Shown here one piece after another: positions 23,803-39,102 of a stretch of 64,000 nt of DNA. Origin of the DNA: Octopus sinensis (taxonomy: Eukaryota); assembly GCF_006345805.1 (NCBI RefSeq), contig NW_021832279.1:1-64000 (forward strand), given 5' to 3'. The notes under the pieces are model-generated. The model was not told where the DNA came from, ran no database searches, and was given only the letters and a program-made list of their open reading frames with translations. Numbering within the stretch: position 1 is the first letter of the stretch; every line of letters starts with the position of its first letter. The translations under genes and the position numbers were made by a program.

Positions 23803-26435
23803 CAGTGCACGACAAAAGTAACCGGACAAGCCAAAATTTCCATTATTTTAAGTCATTTTAAAACTTTTTTTCACATAAATCACCCTTTGTACATTAATTT
23901 ACACGAAAAACAATTTTTTACATTTTTAATTTAATCTTTTTTTCAATTGTACATTAAATTTAAAGCATAAATAATTACGATGTGCGACAAAAGAAACCGG
24001 ACAGTTAAAAATAATAAAAATTAGTATCTAGAATTGCCTCCTTTGGCATTATACACTGCGTAGCTTCTAGCCTTCATTAATAAAATTAGTTTTGTATGAA
24101 CTCTATCGGGATTGATCTCCAAATTTGGATAATTTCCTCTTTTAGGTCATTATGACATGTTGGGGTTTTTTCATCTATTTTTCTTTTCATATATGCCCAG
24201 ACGTGCTCAATGGGATTGAGATCAGGTGACTGGGCGGGCCATGAAAGAACTTTGATTTGATTTTTGTTGAAATATTCCGTCACAATTTTTGCTTTGTGGG
24301 TGGGAGCATTGTCCTGTTGGAATGTGAAATCCGTTAAATTCATTTTTGCTGCAGATTCCATCAGGTTATTCGCCAACAAATTCACATATCGTCCACTGTT
24401 TAACGTACCATCAAAAAAACTAAATTCCTCACTCCTTTGTATGAGATACATCCCCAAACCATTGTTTTACATTTTCCATGTTTTACAGTTGGCAAGATAT
24501 ATCTAAATAAATATCAAATCAACTACTTTAAGGATTCCCCCTTCTTTCGGTAAACTATTCGAGATTTTTTATTCATAGATAATTGAAAAATACAAGCTAC
24601 AACACGTTCTCCGCTCTGCCCCCTGCTTTATAAACCCTGAACTTCTCAAAGAACTGGAAACAGGGCTGAAACACAGTGCCGAAAATCTCTGCAACATTCG
24701 TTTTGACGAAGCCTCGTGGACCCAAGCCACGCTTCTAATACGATTCGGAGGCATTGGTCTCCGCTCTCCAGCAGATATTGCATTACCCGCTTTCCTCTCT
24801 TCTCGATTGTCGTGTGACTCACTGGTGGTTGCTGTTCTCCCCCTTTCCACTGAACGTAACGCATCCTCCTGGTATCAGATGGCAATCGAAATTTGGTCGA
24901 ACAAAGGCCTCAAGACACCTGCTAACTCATTCTCACAGAGATGTTGGGACGACCTGCATTCCATGTCAATTTACCACCACTTGGAAGAGGTCTCTGATCA
25001 ATCTCGTCTTGCATGCCTTAGAAGCGCTTCACAAAAACAATCCGGAGCGTGGCTCAATGCATGTCCTATCCCTTCAGTCGGAAACAAACTGGACGACGAG
25101 ACATTGCGAATTGCAATCTCCTTACGCCTTTGCATGAAGATCTGTCGCCAGCACCGCTGTAGTTGCGGGGTTTCCGTTGACGAATTCGGACGGCACGCTC
25201 TCTCATGCAGACGCAGTGCAGGCCGGTTTCCAAGACATCATGCAATGAACCTAATTGTCAAGAACGCTTTGCATGCAGCTGGTTTCCCGGCACAGCTGGA
25301 GCCTCCTGGTCTCATCCGCACAGACGGAAAAAGACCTGATGGGATAACAATCTTCCCGTACACCAACGGGAAGTGCCTTGTTTGGGACTGCGCCTGCACC
25401 GACACCTTCTCAGAGACAAACCTGATCGCCTCAGCCTCCTCTCCAGGATATGCTTCACAGAACTACGAAAAAATTAAAAAATTAAAATATTCAGAGCTCA
25501 AGGACAGGTTCATAGTGCAACCGATTATTGTGGAGTCATCTGGAGTCTTCGGTCCGGAATCAATCTCTTTCATTAGGAAACTTGGATCCCTGATCTCGGT
25601 TCAGACGAAAGATAGAAGGGAGACCGAATGGCTGTTTCAACGCCTTTCAACAACCGTTGTCAGGGGTAATAGCCACGCTATCCTTTCTGCTCTTAAGCAA
25701 CCTTAATTAACTTTTATTTTCTTTTCAAATAAATAATACATTGAAAAATTGATTCGTCTGAGAAAATTGCGTCCGAAATCATTAAAAAAATTTTAGATAT
25801 GTTCATCTATCCTTAACATTTTTTTTGGCGAGAAAGGGTCTTTTCATGGTTAATCTCCCAAAATAATTATTTTCATTCAATAAACGAATTATTGTCCTTT
25901 TGGAAATGTCTTTTCCAAACTTTTCATGTACAAAGGAACGTAAAACGTTTGAACTTTCATATGTATTTTCTACACTATGAGCAGTTAGCTCATCAGTTTC
26001 AATCTTAGAAAGTATTCTAGCTCTCCCAGAAACTGGAAGTCGTGAAATTATCATATTTTTCTTGTATTTTTTCAAAAAATCGTGGATCGTCGATTTTTTG
26101 GTACAAGTAAGAGTGCTAATGCGTCTGATAGACATTCCTTGATTTTTAAAGGCAATTATTTGTCCTTTAACAAAATCTGACATGTGTTTACCCCTAAAAA
26201 AGGTTAAAAAATGTAATTTTGGCGAAAAACTGAAAAGTGTCCGATTACTTTTGTCACCTACATTTAATAAGTGTGCTTTAAATTTAATGGATTATTCAAA
26301 AAAAAGAAATTAAAAAAGTAAATATATTATTTAATGAATATTTTAATTAATAAGAAGCTATTGTTTTAAAAAAGCATTAAAATTGGCTAAAATAATGGAA
26401 ATTTCGGCTTGTCCGGTTACTTTTGTCGTGCACTG
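23803..26435 (-). mobile_element. Tc1 (DD34E) transposon interrupted by CRE; transposase has a 24-nt intron (24503-24526)
   Basis: TIR CAGTGCACGACAAAAGTAACCGGACAAGCC, TA TSD; FSDES, MVWGCIS, FQQDNAPTH, WPAQSPDLNPIEHVW. Confidence 0.93.
24592..25739 (+). mobile_element. 5'-truncated CRE-like retrotransposon
   Basis: GGIGLR, CSCG..HALSC..RH, KRPDG, VWDCACTDT; TSD ATTGAAAAAT (24582-24591, 25740-25749). Confidence 0.9.
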
Positions 26436-26899
26436 TATATATGCTTTTTGGGGAAAGACCAGTTTCCACGGAGCAGAGGTGGTTATCTATAGAGAATTGA
26501 TAAGTTGCTCGAGTGTGGGGTAAATGCAGCAGTTTTCCGTGAGGTATCTTGACCCAGTAGCGATTGGGAGTCTTCGTTCTTATGGCGTCTCAAGCGTCCA
26601 ACAATCATTGTAGATGCCTTGACAACTGTGAATATAATTGATTTGTTTATTAGTCCTATTGCGTCTTCTCCCCAAACCGTTTGGTTTGGTGTTGTGCAGT
26701 GTTACAAAGGAATAAAGAAAAGGTCTCACAGAAATGGGCCAAAAGCGTGCCCAGGAAATCTCTGTATCCGCGGAGTTATTGACCTTTTTCTGTGTCTGCC
26801 GTTGAGAAGCCTACCCAATGGTTCGAGATAGATACAAAAAGCAGCGACAACATGCTATCTCCTCGAAGAATCCTCCTATCTACTTTTATTTTACCAATT

Positions 26900-27680
26900 G
26901 TATTTTTTTATATTGGAGATAAACACTTCACATACTTATCACAACTTTAACAAAACTAATAAACCACACAGGCAAACACAGCTTGTGAAAACAATCAATG
27001 AGATATTCATGATGAGGAATAATTGGATAGCTAACTTTCTCACTGGGCGAAGAGGAAGAATCTATACGAAAAGTGCAAAATCAAGCTCAAAATATTTTCC
27101 AAATGAAGTACCCCAAAGCTCGGCTTTATTACCAGCTTTTTTCAACTTATATTTATCAGATCTCCAGATGCCAAAAGATTCCGAAAATCGCAAAACATTT
27201 TGGGAGTAACATACGACACCCATATGTCTTTCTCGCAGCAAGTTAATTATGTGATCACAAAATGTATGAAGAAACTCAACATACTCAAAGTTTTCCTTCG
27301 AAAATGCAGACAGTGGACGAGCCTCGCCACTCGCCAAACCGTCTATAAATAGTACATGTAAGCCACAATTAGTTGCGCCTGTGTAGCGTGGTAAATACGA
27401 TCAGCTAACCATTTGGGGAAAAATTTCGAAAATTCAATCAAGAATGTGCAAAACTCTAGAAGAAGCAAATGAACAACTAAATGCTGCCACTTTTGAGGAG
27501 ATCTGGTGAAGAAACGTGGGGACGACGTACCCGACGACACACCAGCCGCGCCCCAGAAAAAATGTACAGAAAAAAGGAAGGAACGCCAGGTAAAAAATGA
27601 GGACTCTCCTTAGAGAAGCTGGGATCACCTGATTAGTTATTTTTTGGGTTTTAGACGGTGGTCTTGGTTGAATAATAATG
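26900..27680 (+). mobile_element. Degenerate 3' half of a Jockey/I-like LINE (RT remnant)
   Basis: VPQSSALLPAFFNLYLSD, LGVTYD, ends LLREAGIT* with (TAA)n tail. Confidence 0.72.
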
Positions 27681-27688
27681 ATCTACGC

Positions 27689-28926
27689 CAGTGGTTCCCA
27701 ACCTGAGTACTGGAAACCCAAAAAAGATAGAATCTATTGTATAAATACTGAATAGATTTTTCTAGTTCAGTCTTTTCCCTGGCAATTTTATTCAGGTCCC
27801 ATTTAGCGGCCCTGTGACAGGTACAAGTTGCAAATGGATTTCACTGTATTTTTGATTTTCACTGTATTTTGCACCACGAAATACTTTGCATCAAATCCAA
27901 AATTTGATTATGTAATGGAGGTGGTCATTCGGACAATAAATTTTATTTGAGCCAGAGATCCTAATCACTGTCAATTTGACAATTTTCTCAATGATATTGG
28001 TTTTACTTACGGATAACTATATCATTTCAGATATGAATTGTTACAAGGAGAAAATAACAGGACTGCTTCGACAATTTGAGACACGTTTTGAAATTTTCCG
28101 TAAACTTAAAACAAATTTATTGTTTTTTGAGCACCATTTACTGCAATTATTTCTGATCTTGCAGCTAACTTACAATTGGAAATAATTGATTTAAAAGCTT
28201 ATATTTATTTATTGTTAATTTACACATATAGAGTAATTTACTAGAAGTTAACAAAGCCATCTATCCGAAGTGGACCCCGCCAACATAATTGACGTTGCGT
28301 TGTCTCTCACGATAGCAACGGAGATCAACTGGAGAAGCCACCGGGTCTCACGTGTGTCGTGGCTTTTTAATGTGGCTAAGCGTCCAAGCTTCTTTAGGAA
28401 GCGAAGCGATTTCCCACTTATTCCTCCAGTTGTCTCGACCACAATCGGACAGAACACGAATCGATCTCGCAGCGCTTCATATTTTCTCTCCTTCGCCCTC
28501 ATCGTTTTTTCCGCGGCATACAGTCTGTCCACTGCGCTCCCGGCAATGTTGGACGGGCAGAGAGTGTCCACACAGGTTGCGTCCCAGACTAGGGGTTTCC
28601 CCTCTTGTTTAAAATATAACTCAGATCTAAAAAATAAATTTACCATGGTAAGCTTAGACAGCTTTTATAAATATCTCTTGACGAAGTATCCGAACTTAGC
28701 CTTAGCTACGAAGATTTTTTTAATTTTTGGAAGTACATATTTATGTAAACAACTTTTTTCTTTAATGAACATAAACAAAACAGGATTTCGATTGAGGCTC
28801 ACAGAAACTCATCTAAGTGAGATTCTAACATTGACAGCAACTCAGGATTTCACTCCAAACATTGACGCTATTATAAAGAAAAAAAGATGTCAAGTTTCTG
28901 TAACATGTTTTAATTGTAAAAATTAA
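27689..28926 (+). mobile_element. Buster/SPIN-like hAT remnant with left TIR (copy 2), containing the CRE fragment 28197-28607
   Basis: CAGTGGTTCCCAACC preceded by ATCTACGC; otherwise identical to 1-872. Confidence 0.8.
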
Positions 28927-28932
28927 TCAATC

Positions 28933-30654
28933 CTTGAAATTGTCCGATGTCGTTTCCCTGCCTTATATCCGATCGTCCATCTGTCTTACGCCTCTCCCAG
29001 CTGTCTCTTGTTTGCCGACAATGTTATTATGTCCGAAACTGGCATCCAACAAGGCGACCCTCTTGGGCCCCTTTTATTCTCACTCGGGGTTGATCACATT
29101 GCCCGCCAATTGTCATCCGAGGTAAACATTTGGTACCTCGATGATGTTACTCTCGGCGGGGCTTTGGAGACCGTCAGGAAGGATATGGAAAAAATTATTT
29201 CTGGTTTTGCGTCTATTGGGCTCGCTTTGAATGGATCCAAATCCGAGCTAATATGCTTGTCTGCGAGCCCTTCGGAATTCAAATTAATTTTTTCCACCTT
29301 ATCTCGCTATATTGAAGGCCTGGGCATCACCCAGCTTGATGACCTCATCATTCTGGGTTCCCCAATCAATAGCAAGGCTACTAAGAAGGCTTTATGTGGC
29401 AGGCTCGAAGAATTGGAAATTTTAATCTCCCGCATTTTCAAACTCGAATCCCATTTAGGCCTTTTCTTGCTAAAGAACTATCTCTTCATACCGAGGCTAA
29501 CTTATCTCATGCGCTCATCGCCGTGCTTTCACGAACAAAATCACTTGTCTCGTCTCGACAACATGGTCTCTGAAGCTCTTGAACTCCTCGTAAATATCAA
29601 ATTCAAACCTTCAGACATGCGACGGGTTAATTTACCTATTCGTTACGGGGGCATCGGCATTCGTTCTTGTGCTGATTTATCCCTCCCATGTTACCTTTCC
29701 TCGTTGTCTGCCTCTGCTACTTCCTTCAACTCTGTTCTCTTCCCCTCCTCTGAACAGCCCGAGTTGTTGGAATATGCGGCGGGTGTCAACATGTGGATTT
29801 CTCGTGGGCTTAAAATCCCGGACGTCCCCTCAGTTCAAAAGAACTGGGATGAGATACATTGTTTGCATACACTCGAAGATATCCGCCTATGTGCTGACCA
29901 GTTTCAGTTGGCAAGCATCAATTGTGCCTGTCAACCCCACTCGGCCGATTGGCTTGACGCTTTGCCGATTTCCTCTGCTGGAATGTTGCTGGACGACGAA
30001 TCTGTCCGCATCGGAATCTGTTTACGGCTTGGCATAGAGATTTGCCTGCCACATCAGTGCAGATGCGGAAAGGTCATTGACAGGAGAGGGCTACACCCCC
30101 TCTCTTGTCGCCTCAGTACCGGCCGTATACCCAGACATGCCGCCTTGAATGATATTGTCAAGCGCGCGCTCAACGCCGCTGGATTCCCTTCGGTCCTAGA
30201 GCCGGTTGGTTTAGACCGTGGCGACGGAAAACGTCCCGACGGGTCCACGCTATTCCCGTTCAAGGGGGGACTCGCTCTCGTTTGGGACGTGACCTGTGTC
30301 GACTCGTTTTCCTCGTAATCTCTCATGGACTCTGCCTCCCGCCCTGGCTCAGCCTCCGCACATGCCGAAACAATAAAAATAACAAAGTATGCCTCATTGG
30401 AGAACACCTGCCTTTTCGTCCCCCTGGCTTTCGAAACGAGCGGGATAATCGGCCCAAAAGCTCTTGAGTTCCTTTCGGAAATCGGCTTGATGATCTCAAG
30501 GAAGAGTCACGAGAGACGTGAGTCTAGTTGGCTTTTTCAGCGCATTTCGTTCGCGATATTGCGCGGAAACTGCCTATCTATTCGCGCGTCCTCTCAATCA
30601 AAGAATTAACATCATAAATTTACTTAATTAACAATTATTTTAGTTTAAAAAAAA
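28933..30654 (+). mobile_element. CRE-like retrotransposon (duplicate of 879-2600)
   Basis: Identical 436-aa ORF. Confidence 0.92.
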
Positions 30655-31818
30655 AATCAATCTGTTGTTAAATGCTTTCAAATAATAAAAAAGTTTCAAA
30701 ATATTATAAAAATTATAGTAAGAAACAAATATCCTGTTAAATCGAAAAATTCAAAAATTAATAGTCTGGCCCGCGTTTTACTTTTTTTGACCGAACAAAC
30801 TGGAAAGTTAAAATTAATCAGAGATTAAACGGCCAGCAAGCCGGATGGAACAGCTATTCCCACGCACAACGGCCAACAGGATCCTTATTTTGAATTTTTT
30901 AAAACACAATTTTTTTCTTTTTCATTTCACCAACAAGCACTTTATTCACAAATGAAAAAATTTGAAGATAAACTTAATGAAGTAAAACAAATTATTATAT
31001 ATATCCGAAACAATGCATTGAGACATAGACAGTTTCGTACAATTCTTTCCGGTAGTGAAATATCTGCTGAAGACATTTTATACCATGCACAAGTTCGATG
31101 GCTATCACAAGGTGAAACAGCATGTCGTGTGCTTGATTTACGAAAAGAAATATCAAACTTTTACTCATTACACCAAATACATTTAATACTATATTCGATT
31201 ATATTTTGAAACAATTTGAAGAGCGATTTAACGAATTTAAAAAAATTGAACTCAAACTTTAATTAACTGCAGCACCACATACTGTTTCGATTAAGAATGC
31301 GCCATTGGAATTTTAAATTGAATTACATTGGAATTTCAAATTGAATGCGCCATTCGGAAACACATATTCATGTGAGTCTACATTTTCCAAAATGAAATAT
31401 TTAAAAAGTCAATATAGATCTCGGATAACGGATGCAAATTTAGAATCATGTTTGCGCATAATGATATCTACCCTACCAGTGGATTTCAATAAGCTCGCAA
31501 AAAATACCAAAGATCCTGGCCTTCATTAGAATAACTTGTATAATACATTTCTTTTAATTAACTTTCCTTCTTTCTTATCTTTTTTCCATGAAATAATTAT
31601 TTATTTTAATAATATGATGTCCCTGATGAACGAGAGCATTTCCTGTCCAAGAACTCATTCGGTCTCGATGACAATGGGCAACTTATGCGGTCACTTTTAA
31701 TAATTAAAAAAATTACTATATTTATATCGAAAAAATAATGCAGAAAATGTGCGGCCGTGGAAGAGAAGGAAAAATAAATGCTATGCGGCCGCAAACCCAA
31801 AAAGCTTGCGCACCCCTG

Positions 31819-33215
31819 GACTAGATATTTGTCCAACCTTAGTTTCCTATAGGATAGGAAACTAACCAGTTTGAGTATATTTTGGTAAATTAAATTAGTA
31901 AGTACGTCATAAATCAATTTCCAATCTAAAATCGTAATTTTAGCCTCGCAGCAGCAATGTTTGTCTCTCAAAATGTTTACAGACTCATTCCTCTTGAACC
32001 CAGGTTCCTGGACGACCAGTCTGTAGGTTCCCGGTGCCAGGAACCTGTAATACGCCCCCAGTGCGTCTAAGGACTGCATGCAAAAGTGCACTTGTAGAGA
32101 CGTTGTGTGCAATATATTCATTCGTGCTTAAATCAATAACTTGCACATAAACATTGCTAAGTGCCTCCCCACTTTTCCCATCTAAGACGAGTCCCTTCAC
32201 TCCGAGATGAGTCTGGGAGATCAGCAAACCTAGAAACACCTGCCAGATGAGATTCACCAAGGCAGATTTGTGCTGTTCCCAAAACGATTTGTGCTGTTCT
32301 CGTCCCAGCTAGGGAATTTTGTGCAAGACATTTCAATCGTCAGTTCAAAACCGTCGGTCCCCAAATACGTGTAGTCCATAAGTTCCCCACTCATGCTTTA
32401 CCAGTAGGCCCCCTTCACGACCCCACGGTCGAACTCAGTCCATTCGTCCGCACACTTTACAGTGCCAGAACTGAGGGAGTTCGCATACTGTCTAGATATA
32501 TAGCTTTGTAAGTTCAGAAGTCATAAAACATGAATGTGACATCGTCGGGGCATTTGGTGTAGACATTCTAGTTCTGCAGGTTCCTGTCGAACGGTTAAAA
32601 CCACCACGTTGGATCCTCCGTGGAGTGTCGCCCCCAGGACGAATGGGAGACTGTCCATGTACTCCACAATTCGCTGTGTCTCCTTCGCTCGCTCTCAATT
32701 GCTCAAAATGTGAAAAACCAGTCTCTTTTGCTTCAGAGTGCCTGTTGTTGGATCAAAGACGGGAAAGTCCCGATTGAGGTCAATTTCCTGAGCATTCTCT
32801 CGGGCATTCAAGTCAAATCCGTCGGGGTTGATAGTAGGAAATATGTGAATTCTAGTCATGTCGACAAGTCTCCTTATCTGGCACTCGTTGTTGAAATACT
32901 GATGACACAAATGGTCGGCCAACAGCAACAAGAGTTCTCTCCCCACTGTCTCATCTCCGTGGATATTCCCGAAATATCGAAACTTGGGAATCCCTTCAAA
33001 TGAGGTCAACAATTACCAATTGTATGTTTTCTGGGCTTTTTTCCGAATATAATCCCTTGAATGCTCTCAGAATGAAAGGAATAGTTCTTTAGTTCGACAA
33101 TGTGAGTTATCTCCGGACAGTTTGCATGCACTCGGGACAAGAATTGCTTTATTTCCTCATTGCTGTGGTAACTGCTTAATATAGAACAACAGATGGCTAA
33201 TGCCAGCAAGAACAT
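31819..33215 (-). pseudogene. M14B carboxypeptidase pseudogene (duplicate)
   Basis: Same motifs and same lesions as 3765-5161. Confidence 0.88.
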
Positions 33216-33253
33216 TGTATTTTATTACTCGCACTCAATTAACAAATAATTCT

Positions 33254-36204
33254 TAACCAAAGTAGGTGTGTGACCCCGACCTCTGTTCTCTGATATATGC
33301 GGCCACTCCAATGCCGAATCTCCCCAACTTATGGGTTCGCGGGACACATTCTGGATGATCTCATCCCCCATTTTGGTCTAAGTAATGATTCGGGAAATGT
33401 ACTTTGAAAAATCCAATGTACTTGTCGGCCGCCAGTCTCTCCAAACTGTTAGGGTACGTGTTCTCCGCCAGGGACTTGACTCGATCGGTGACGTAGCTAG
33501 CGTGGGGAAGGAGGTAGGATTTGACTAAGAGAGACACCCAACCTCGTGCCCCAGAGACAGCAATCCACATGTGGCTCCGTAGCAGGCGGGTGTGGAGGAA
33601 TGAGAACTTGAGAGAACAGTCTCCAACACTCTGCACACCCTCAACTTGATCTGGGTAATATCCGAGTCGAACAGACTGCATGATCCCACTTCTTACCTCA
33701 CAATCTTCTCCATCGTGGACACAGCAAAGTCCCTGAGTATCCATTGGTTGTGGAAGTGCAGCACAAATCTCCTTAGTGACAATACAACTGAGGACACAGG
33801 AGTTCGTCCAACTGGGAGTAAGGAATGAGACTACATATTGTTCGACGTATATTTTGTCATTCCTGATGACAGCATTGAATAATATATACAGTGACTCCTC
33901 TGAAATTGGCCACCTCTAAAATTGGCCACCTCTGAAATTGACCACACTTATAAAATTATCTTAAGAAAAATTCGAATTTCCATTGAAAGTGGCCAATTCT
34001 CAAATTGACCATAAATTTTAAAATATATTTTATATAATTTGCAAATTAATAAAATTTCAGTTATTTTATGTCTTTCAACAATTCTCGTGGTAATTATACT
34101 CGTCTCACTTTTTATCAAAAAATACAGATTTTAACTTATAAAAATCAAAATGAAGATGTTTCATGTCAGTATTTTGCTGATAGATTTTCCCATTTGTTTA
34201 AAAAGAAGATTTTCAGAAAAACAATTAATAATATTATTTTGAAAAAAGATTTTTTTCTCAAAGAGTGTAAAAAACAAAATCTATCTTCAAAAAATGCGCA
34301 TAGACTCAGTGTAAAAAACAAAGCTTGATGCTATGTTAGTTGAATGGATGGATTCGATTGAGTCTAAAGGTAATTTGGGATCACATTAAACAAACGCCCT
34401 CAAATTTACACATATTAAACAAACGCCCCTAAATTTATACATGTCAAACATTCGACGAAAACACACTTGAGAATTAGCAAGTCTACCCCGATGGTACTTT
34501 TGTTTATGACAAAAGAGACTTTCATCGATTTGGCAGACTACATTTTCTCCACCCATGTGATCCGTAATTTTTACTAATTTATGATTAAGGTGGCTTTTTT
34601 AATGATGCTTTAATTTCAAATAAGGCTAATTTATTCGCAGCTGAATTAAAACTGGATAATTTTAAAAACTCAAATGGATACCTTCATAAATTCAAAAAGA
34701 GGCATGGTTTTCAAATGACCAAGTTACATGAAGAAATGAGAACTAATGATCCAGTAAATGTCGACTTATTTATCGAAAAATTCATAGAAATATCAAAGAG
34801 TTATAATGCCGATCAAATTTATAACTTGGACGAAACGGGATTGTATTACAAGCTGATTCCTTCGAAGAGTATTTTTAGAAACAGATTTCAAGGATTTTGA
34901 ATATTCTGAAAATGATACATTTCAAGACGTTGAGGATATTGAAAATATAAAAAATGAAGAAGAAGTAGAAGCTGAAGTAGAATCCAATGATTCAATTGAC
35001 AAAGAAGACATTGTGATTAAGTTAACTAAAATTGAAAACGAGCTCCTAAAAAACATTGAGAACGAACATGAAGTTCAATTGATTACATCCATAAGGCGCT
35101 ATAAGGAAAATGTCATTAAAACTCAAAAAAAGCAGATGGGCATCCAATTCTACTTTAAGAACATTAATAATGCTTAATTACTTAAAATTTTCTGGATAAA
35201 AGTTGTTCTTATTCAAAATTTAATTTATACAAAAAATTGATTTTATTTCTCAAATTGGCCATTTCTCGAATTGACCACAAAAACACGTGGAACCAAAAAT
35301 GGCCAATTTCAAAGGAGTCACTGTATAAGGATTACACAAGGCAATGTTCTCTTGAGTCTGCCACATGAATACTCCCCCCCCCCTCAGATATGACCAGTGG
35401 GAACATTATCGAGGCCACTGAGGGGTCCATCGACAGAGTAGCCAGTGCCTCCTATGTGTTGCGTGGGTTTTCTGATTCTTAATTTGTTGCATAGCATGAC
35501 ATAACTTATACAACAAACATTAAATTAATAACTAAAATATGTGAAGAAATAAAATATAAATAAAATTTTTTGTTCATGGGTGTATAATCCTTTATGCCGC
35601 GGATGCAAAGAGGTAAAGCGTCTCCCCTCTCAAAAAAGTGATTCGTCTGCCCAAAGGACAAAAGAAAAGCTTGAAATTGCGTATCATCGAGACTGATCCT
35701 GGATAAGTCGACTTGAATCATTCCCGATCTACTGACACTTTGACGTTTCTGAGATTTTCCGCTGTGACGCAGAACGCATTTGAGCTTATTTTCCTGTAGA
35801 TGTTGATCTTTGTTTGATTTATCGCTGTGATTTTCCATGTGAAAGTCCAGTCAAATCTAAACACGTAGAAAAACAATATTTTAGTTTTGGAAACTCAATT
35901 AAGAATACAATATTTATACTTTGATTTTTATTGTTGAATAAAAGTATATTTAATTGACCAACAAATACCAAACTCTCGCAACCAAACATCTTTTGCCCTG
36001 TCACATTCAAAACCACGGGGAACGGTTTCTCCGTAAAAAAAGTCGATTGGTTCTACGCACGTGGAGAACTCGCATATTGATTTTCTGATTTTCATAGTAT
36101 GACTCAAATCTTAAGACGAAGATTATGAATCCTCAGTTGGCAATGGTTGGAAGGGTGTTGAGGAGGTCGATTTTTATAGTAAAACTCAAATATTCAGACT
36201 ACGA
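33254..36204 (-). pseudogene. TAF6: TAF6-like pseudogene (duplicate)
   Basis: Identical to 5200-8150. Confidence 0.72.
33889..35323 (+). mobile_element. Tigger/pogo element with nested MITE at 34377-34563 (duplicate)
   Basis: Identical to 5835-7269. Confidence 0.9.
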
Positions 36205-36823
36205 TTATAAATCCTTAGTTTGAGATATTTAGAAGAATGTCAAACAAGTTAATATAGTCGACAATAAAGGGTTGCAATTCGAAGTTCGTACCTATAAATT
36301 TGATTTTTGCTGTTACAATTTGAAGTTTGTAATAGTCAAATTGAGTTGAAAATGGTATAGTTTTGATAATCAAAATCTGGTTTATAAAGAGGGGTTTTTC
36401 TTGACATCGGCATCATAAAATTTGACTCTATCTTAAGTCAATCACGAACTTTTGAAAGTTCATCACCATGCATTCTAAAGGTTTTAAACAATGTGAATGA
36501 ATGAATTTTTTTATTAAAACGGAAAAGCCGAAAAAAGAGAGAGAAAGTTAATGAGACAACGTATGCCTCTTCTCCTTTGTTTTCCTCTTTTTTTTAATTC
36601 GAGATTCGAGAGGAAAAGGCTCTCTCAAGAACACTTCCAACCGTTTCCGTCGCGTCTTCCATCTCTTGAGGGATGGGTTGGTCCAGCTAGAGTCCATTTG
36701 CCAATTTGATGGCATATCGTCTCGTCTTTTCGAGCTTAGCGATAATTCCATCCCTCTCACCAGTAGGGTATCATCCCTCGAAACCGTAGGTAAGCAATGG
36801 TTCCAGACCATCCATCAATTTAC

Positions 36824-38914
36824 CATCATTTCTTAATAGATAACTATTTGTTGCTGATTTATCGAAATTATTCTCCAATCCAGATGATTCAAAGTAATAA
36901 TTCACATCTTCCATCATCCGGCCAATGTCTTCTCTTCTTTGGACAATAGCTTCAAGTCGTCAATGAATAGGAAGTGATTTGTAGAAAATGTTAAGGAATT
37001 AATGCCACCAGAATTTATCGATATATTTGGATATTTTGAAGATAAAAGTCTACTTAACGGATCCAAAACAAGTACAAATAATTGGGGCAACAGAGAGTCG
37101 CCTTGGAGTATACCACGTTCTATATTAACAGTTCCCAGCTGTTTTTTTCCCAATATCAAAGAGACTTTCCAGTTTGGAATAATTGACATAATAAAACTAG
37201 TTATCCAATTAGGCAGTCCAGAGTTTTCGAGGATTTCAACAAGAAAATCATGATCAACTGAGTCAAATGCTTTCTTGACGTCGATCCATGCACAAAATAA
37301 TTTATTATCGTGCGCTCTGTTGACGCATCTGTTTAAAAGTGCAAGTTCTTTTGCTCCTTGACAATGTCGTTTAGTTCCAAGCTGGTACAGAGTTATCAAG
37401 TTGTAAGTGTCGGTATATATTGCAATTTTTTTCATTCACACACTTTGTAACCAGTTTGTTTACAATAGACACCTTTTTGTTTAGGATTCGAATCTGGTCT
37501 GTGATTGTTGTCGAGATTCTTTCAAATTCTTCCCTTTTGGATTTTTTGTAATTGTAAGAACATAAAATGTCAATGACTTTCTTCTTTTCTTCGTCTTTAA
37601 TAGTAGACATAAAGTATTTCGATATTCATATATCCTTTTCAGTCAAAGACTCAATTTTATTTTGGATTCTCTGCTTCCAATTCGTTTTAATTGGATCTCT
37701 CATTGTAATTTGTTAATACACACATTGCGCGGAATATATCGGCCAGTTTTACATTAACACATTTAGTGACAAGTTTATACAATTTCGGCATACAAGTTAT
37801 AGGACGTAAGTCCTTCGGGGTCTCACAATCATCTTTTTTAGGAATCAAATACTCTCCATCAATTATTCGGGTTATCCCGTGACGCAGAAATCCATGTAAT
37901 GACTCCATCTTCTTAATGGAAAAGTTATATATCCCGTCACACCCACATGTCTTCCAGTCAGGAAGATACTTAATAACATTTCCAAAAAACTCTTCCGTGA
38001 ACTCTGGAAGCATATGTTCAGAACAATTAGTTCGTTTTTCAACAACGTCATATGATTCAGGCTTCTCATTTCTCTCGCTCCAGACTTTTTGCCAAAAAGA
38101 GACACATTCTTCATCATCAAATCCATACAGCGTCACTTCCTCTTTCATTGTTAAGTCTCGATAGAATCTTTTTCGATTTAATTCGAAGCACTGATTATCC
38201 TTACAAAATTGCTTCCTTGAATTATGAACTTCTATTTTCTTCATGTTAATTCTAATCAGGTCTTGCAATAATATCTGAATCCTCGACAATCAGGTTAGTT
38301 GGGAAGCTGTTAAATTACTTCATTAATTGTTTTTTTGCTACAGTCGGAAAATGTGTTCTCTGCCTGATGACTCTCTTACTAATCGCCACTGTACTTCTAC
38401 CCCTCTCGTGTTTACTCTTATTTTCTTCCAATACGACAGGCATTCGCTTTCGTCAAACATAAGTTCTGCGACGTTTCTTCATTGTTTAATGTTAAAAAAA
38501 CGTCGCCGGTTGAGTTCAAAACACCAATTCTCTTTCTGCTTTAGTGAGTCTTAGTTTTTTCTCAACAATATTTATTTCGTCTCTAATGCAAGCAGATATC
38601 TTTCCAAGTTCTCCTCTCTTTAACTTTCAGAATCCGTATTTACTCAGGGTATCTCTCGTTGCCTCATCGAACTTTGATTTTCCATTGGAAAGTTAGATTT
38701 TGTTCCCGACATTTTGCTTTAAATTCGCAACATCCTTGACGTAAGGAAATGTTCTTTAAAAGCTCAGGCGATTATAGACAATCCACTTCGTGGTATCCTT
38801 TTGAATTTTGCATTAGCCACCTCATTAGTCCAGTTGATCATGTTTATTTTCGTTATTTGATCGATAATACGCGTAACGATCACAAATTAGCAGGCACTCC
38901 AAGTGTGACTCTAG
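36824..38914 (-). mobile_element. R4/Dong-like retrotransposon remnant (duplicate)
   Basis: Identical ORFs to 8770-10860. Confidence 0.82.
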
Positions 38915-39102
38915 ACTGGGGGAATGAGTAGCCTATTTTTGATCACACGGTCTACGTTATTGATGGAAACCAGAATTCAGAAAATGATTTCTAATTATCT
39001 AATATGGATCTAAAAAAACTAAAAACTAAAAGAATTAAAATCAATTTTAAAATATAATACTCCATTCTTTTTAGTGTGTTGTTGTATTTATCAGTGTATC
39101 AG

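Larger units (their letters stand above)
23480..26830 (-). mobile_element. RTE-like LINE remnant (23480-23802 and 26438-26830) split by Tc1
   Basis: APE C-terminal-like NKQINYI and a linker IQRRIKKL..EIEKLK..KLKIIDGRG resembling the linker of the RTE at 56630-56810. Confidence 0.55.
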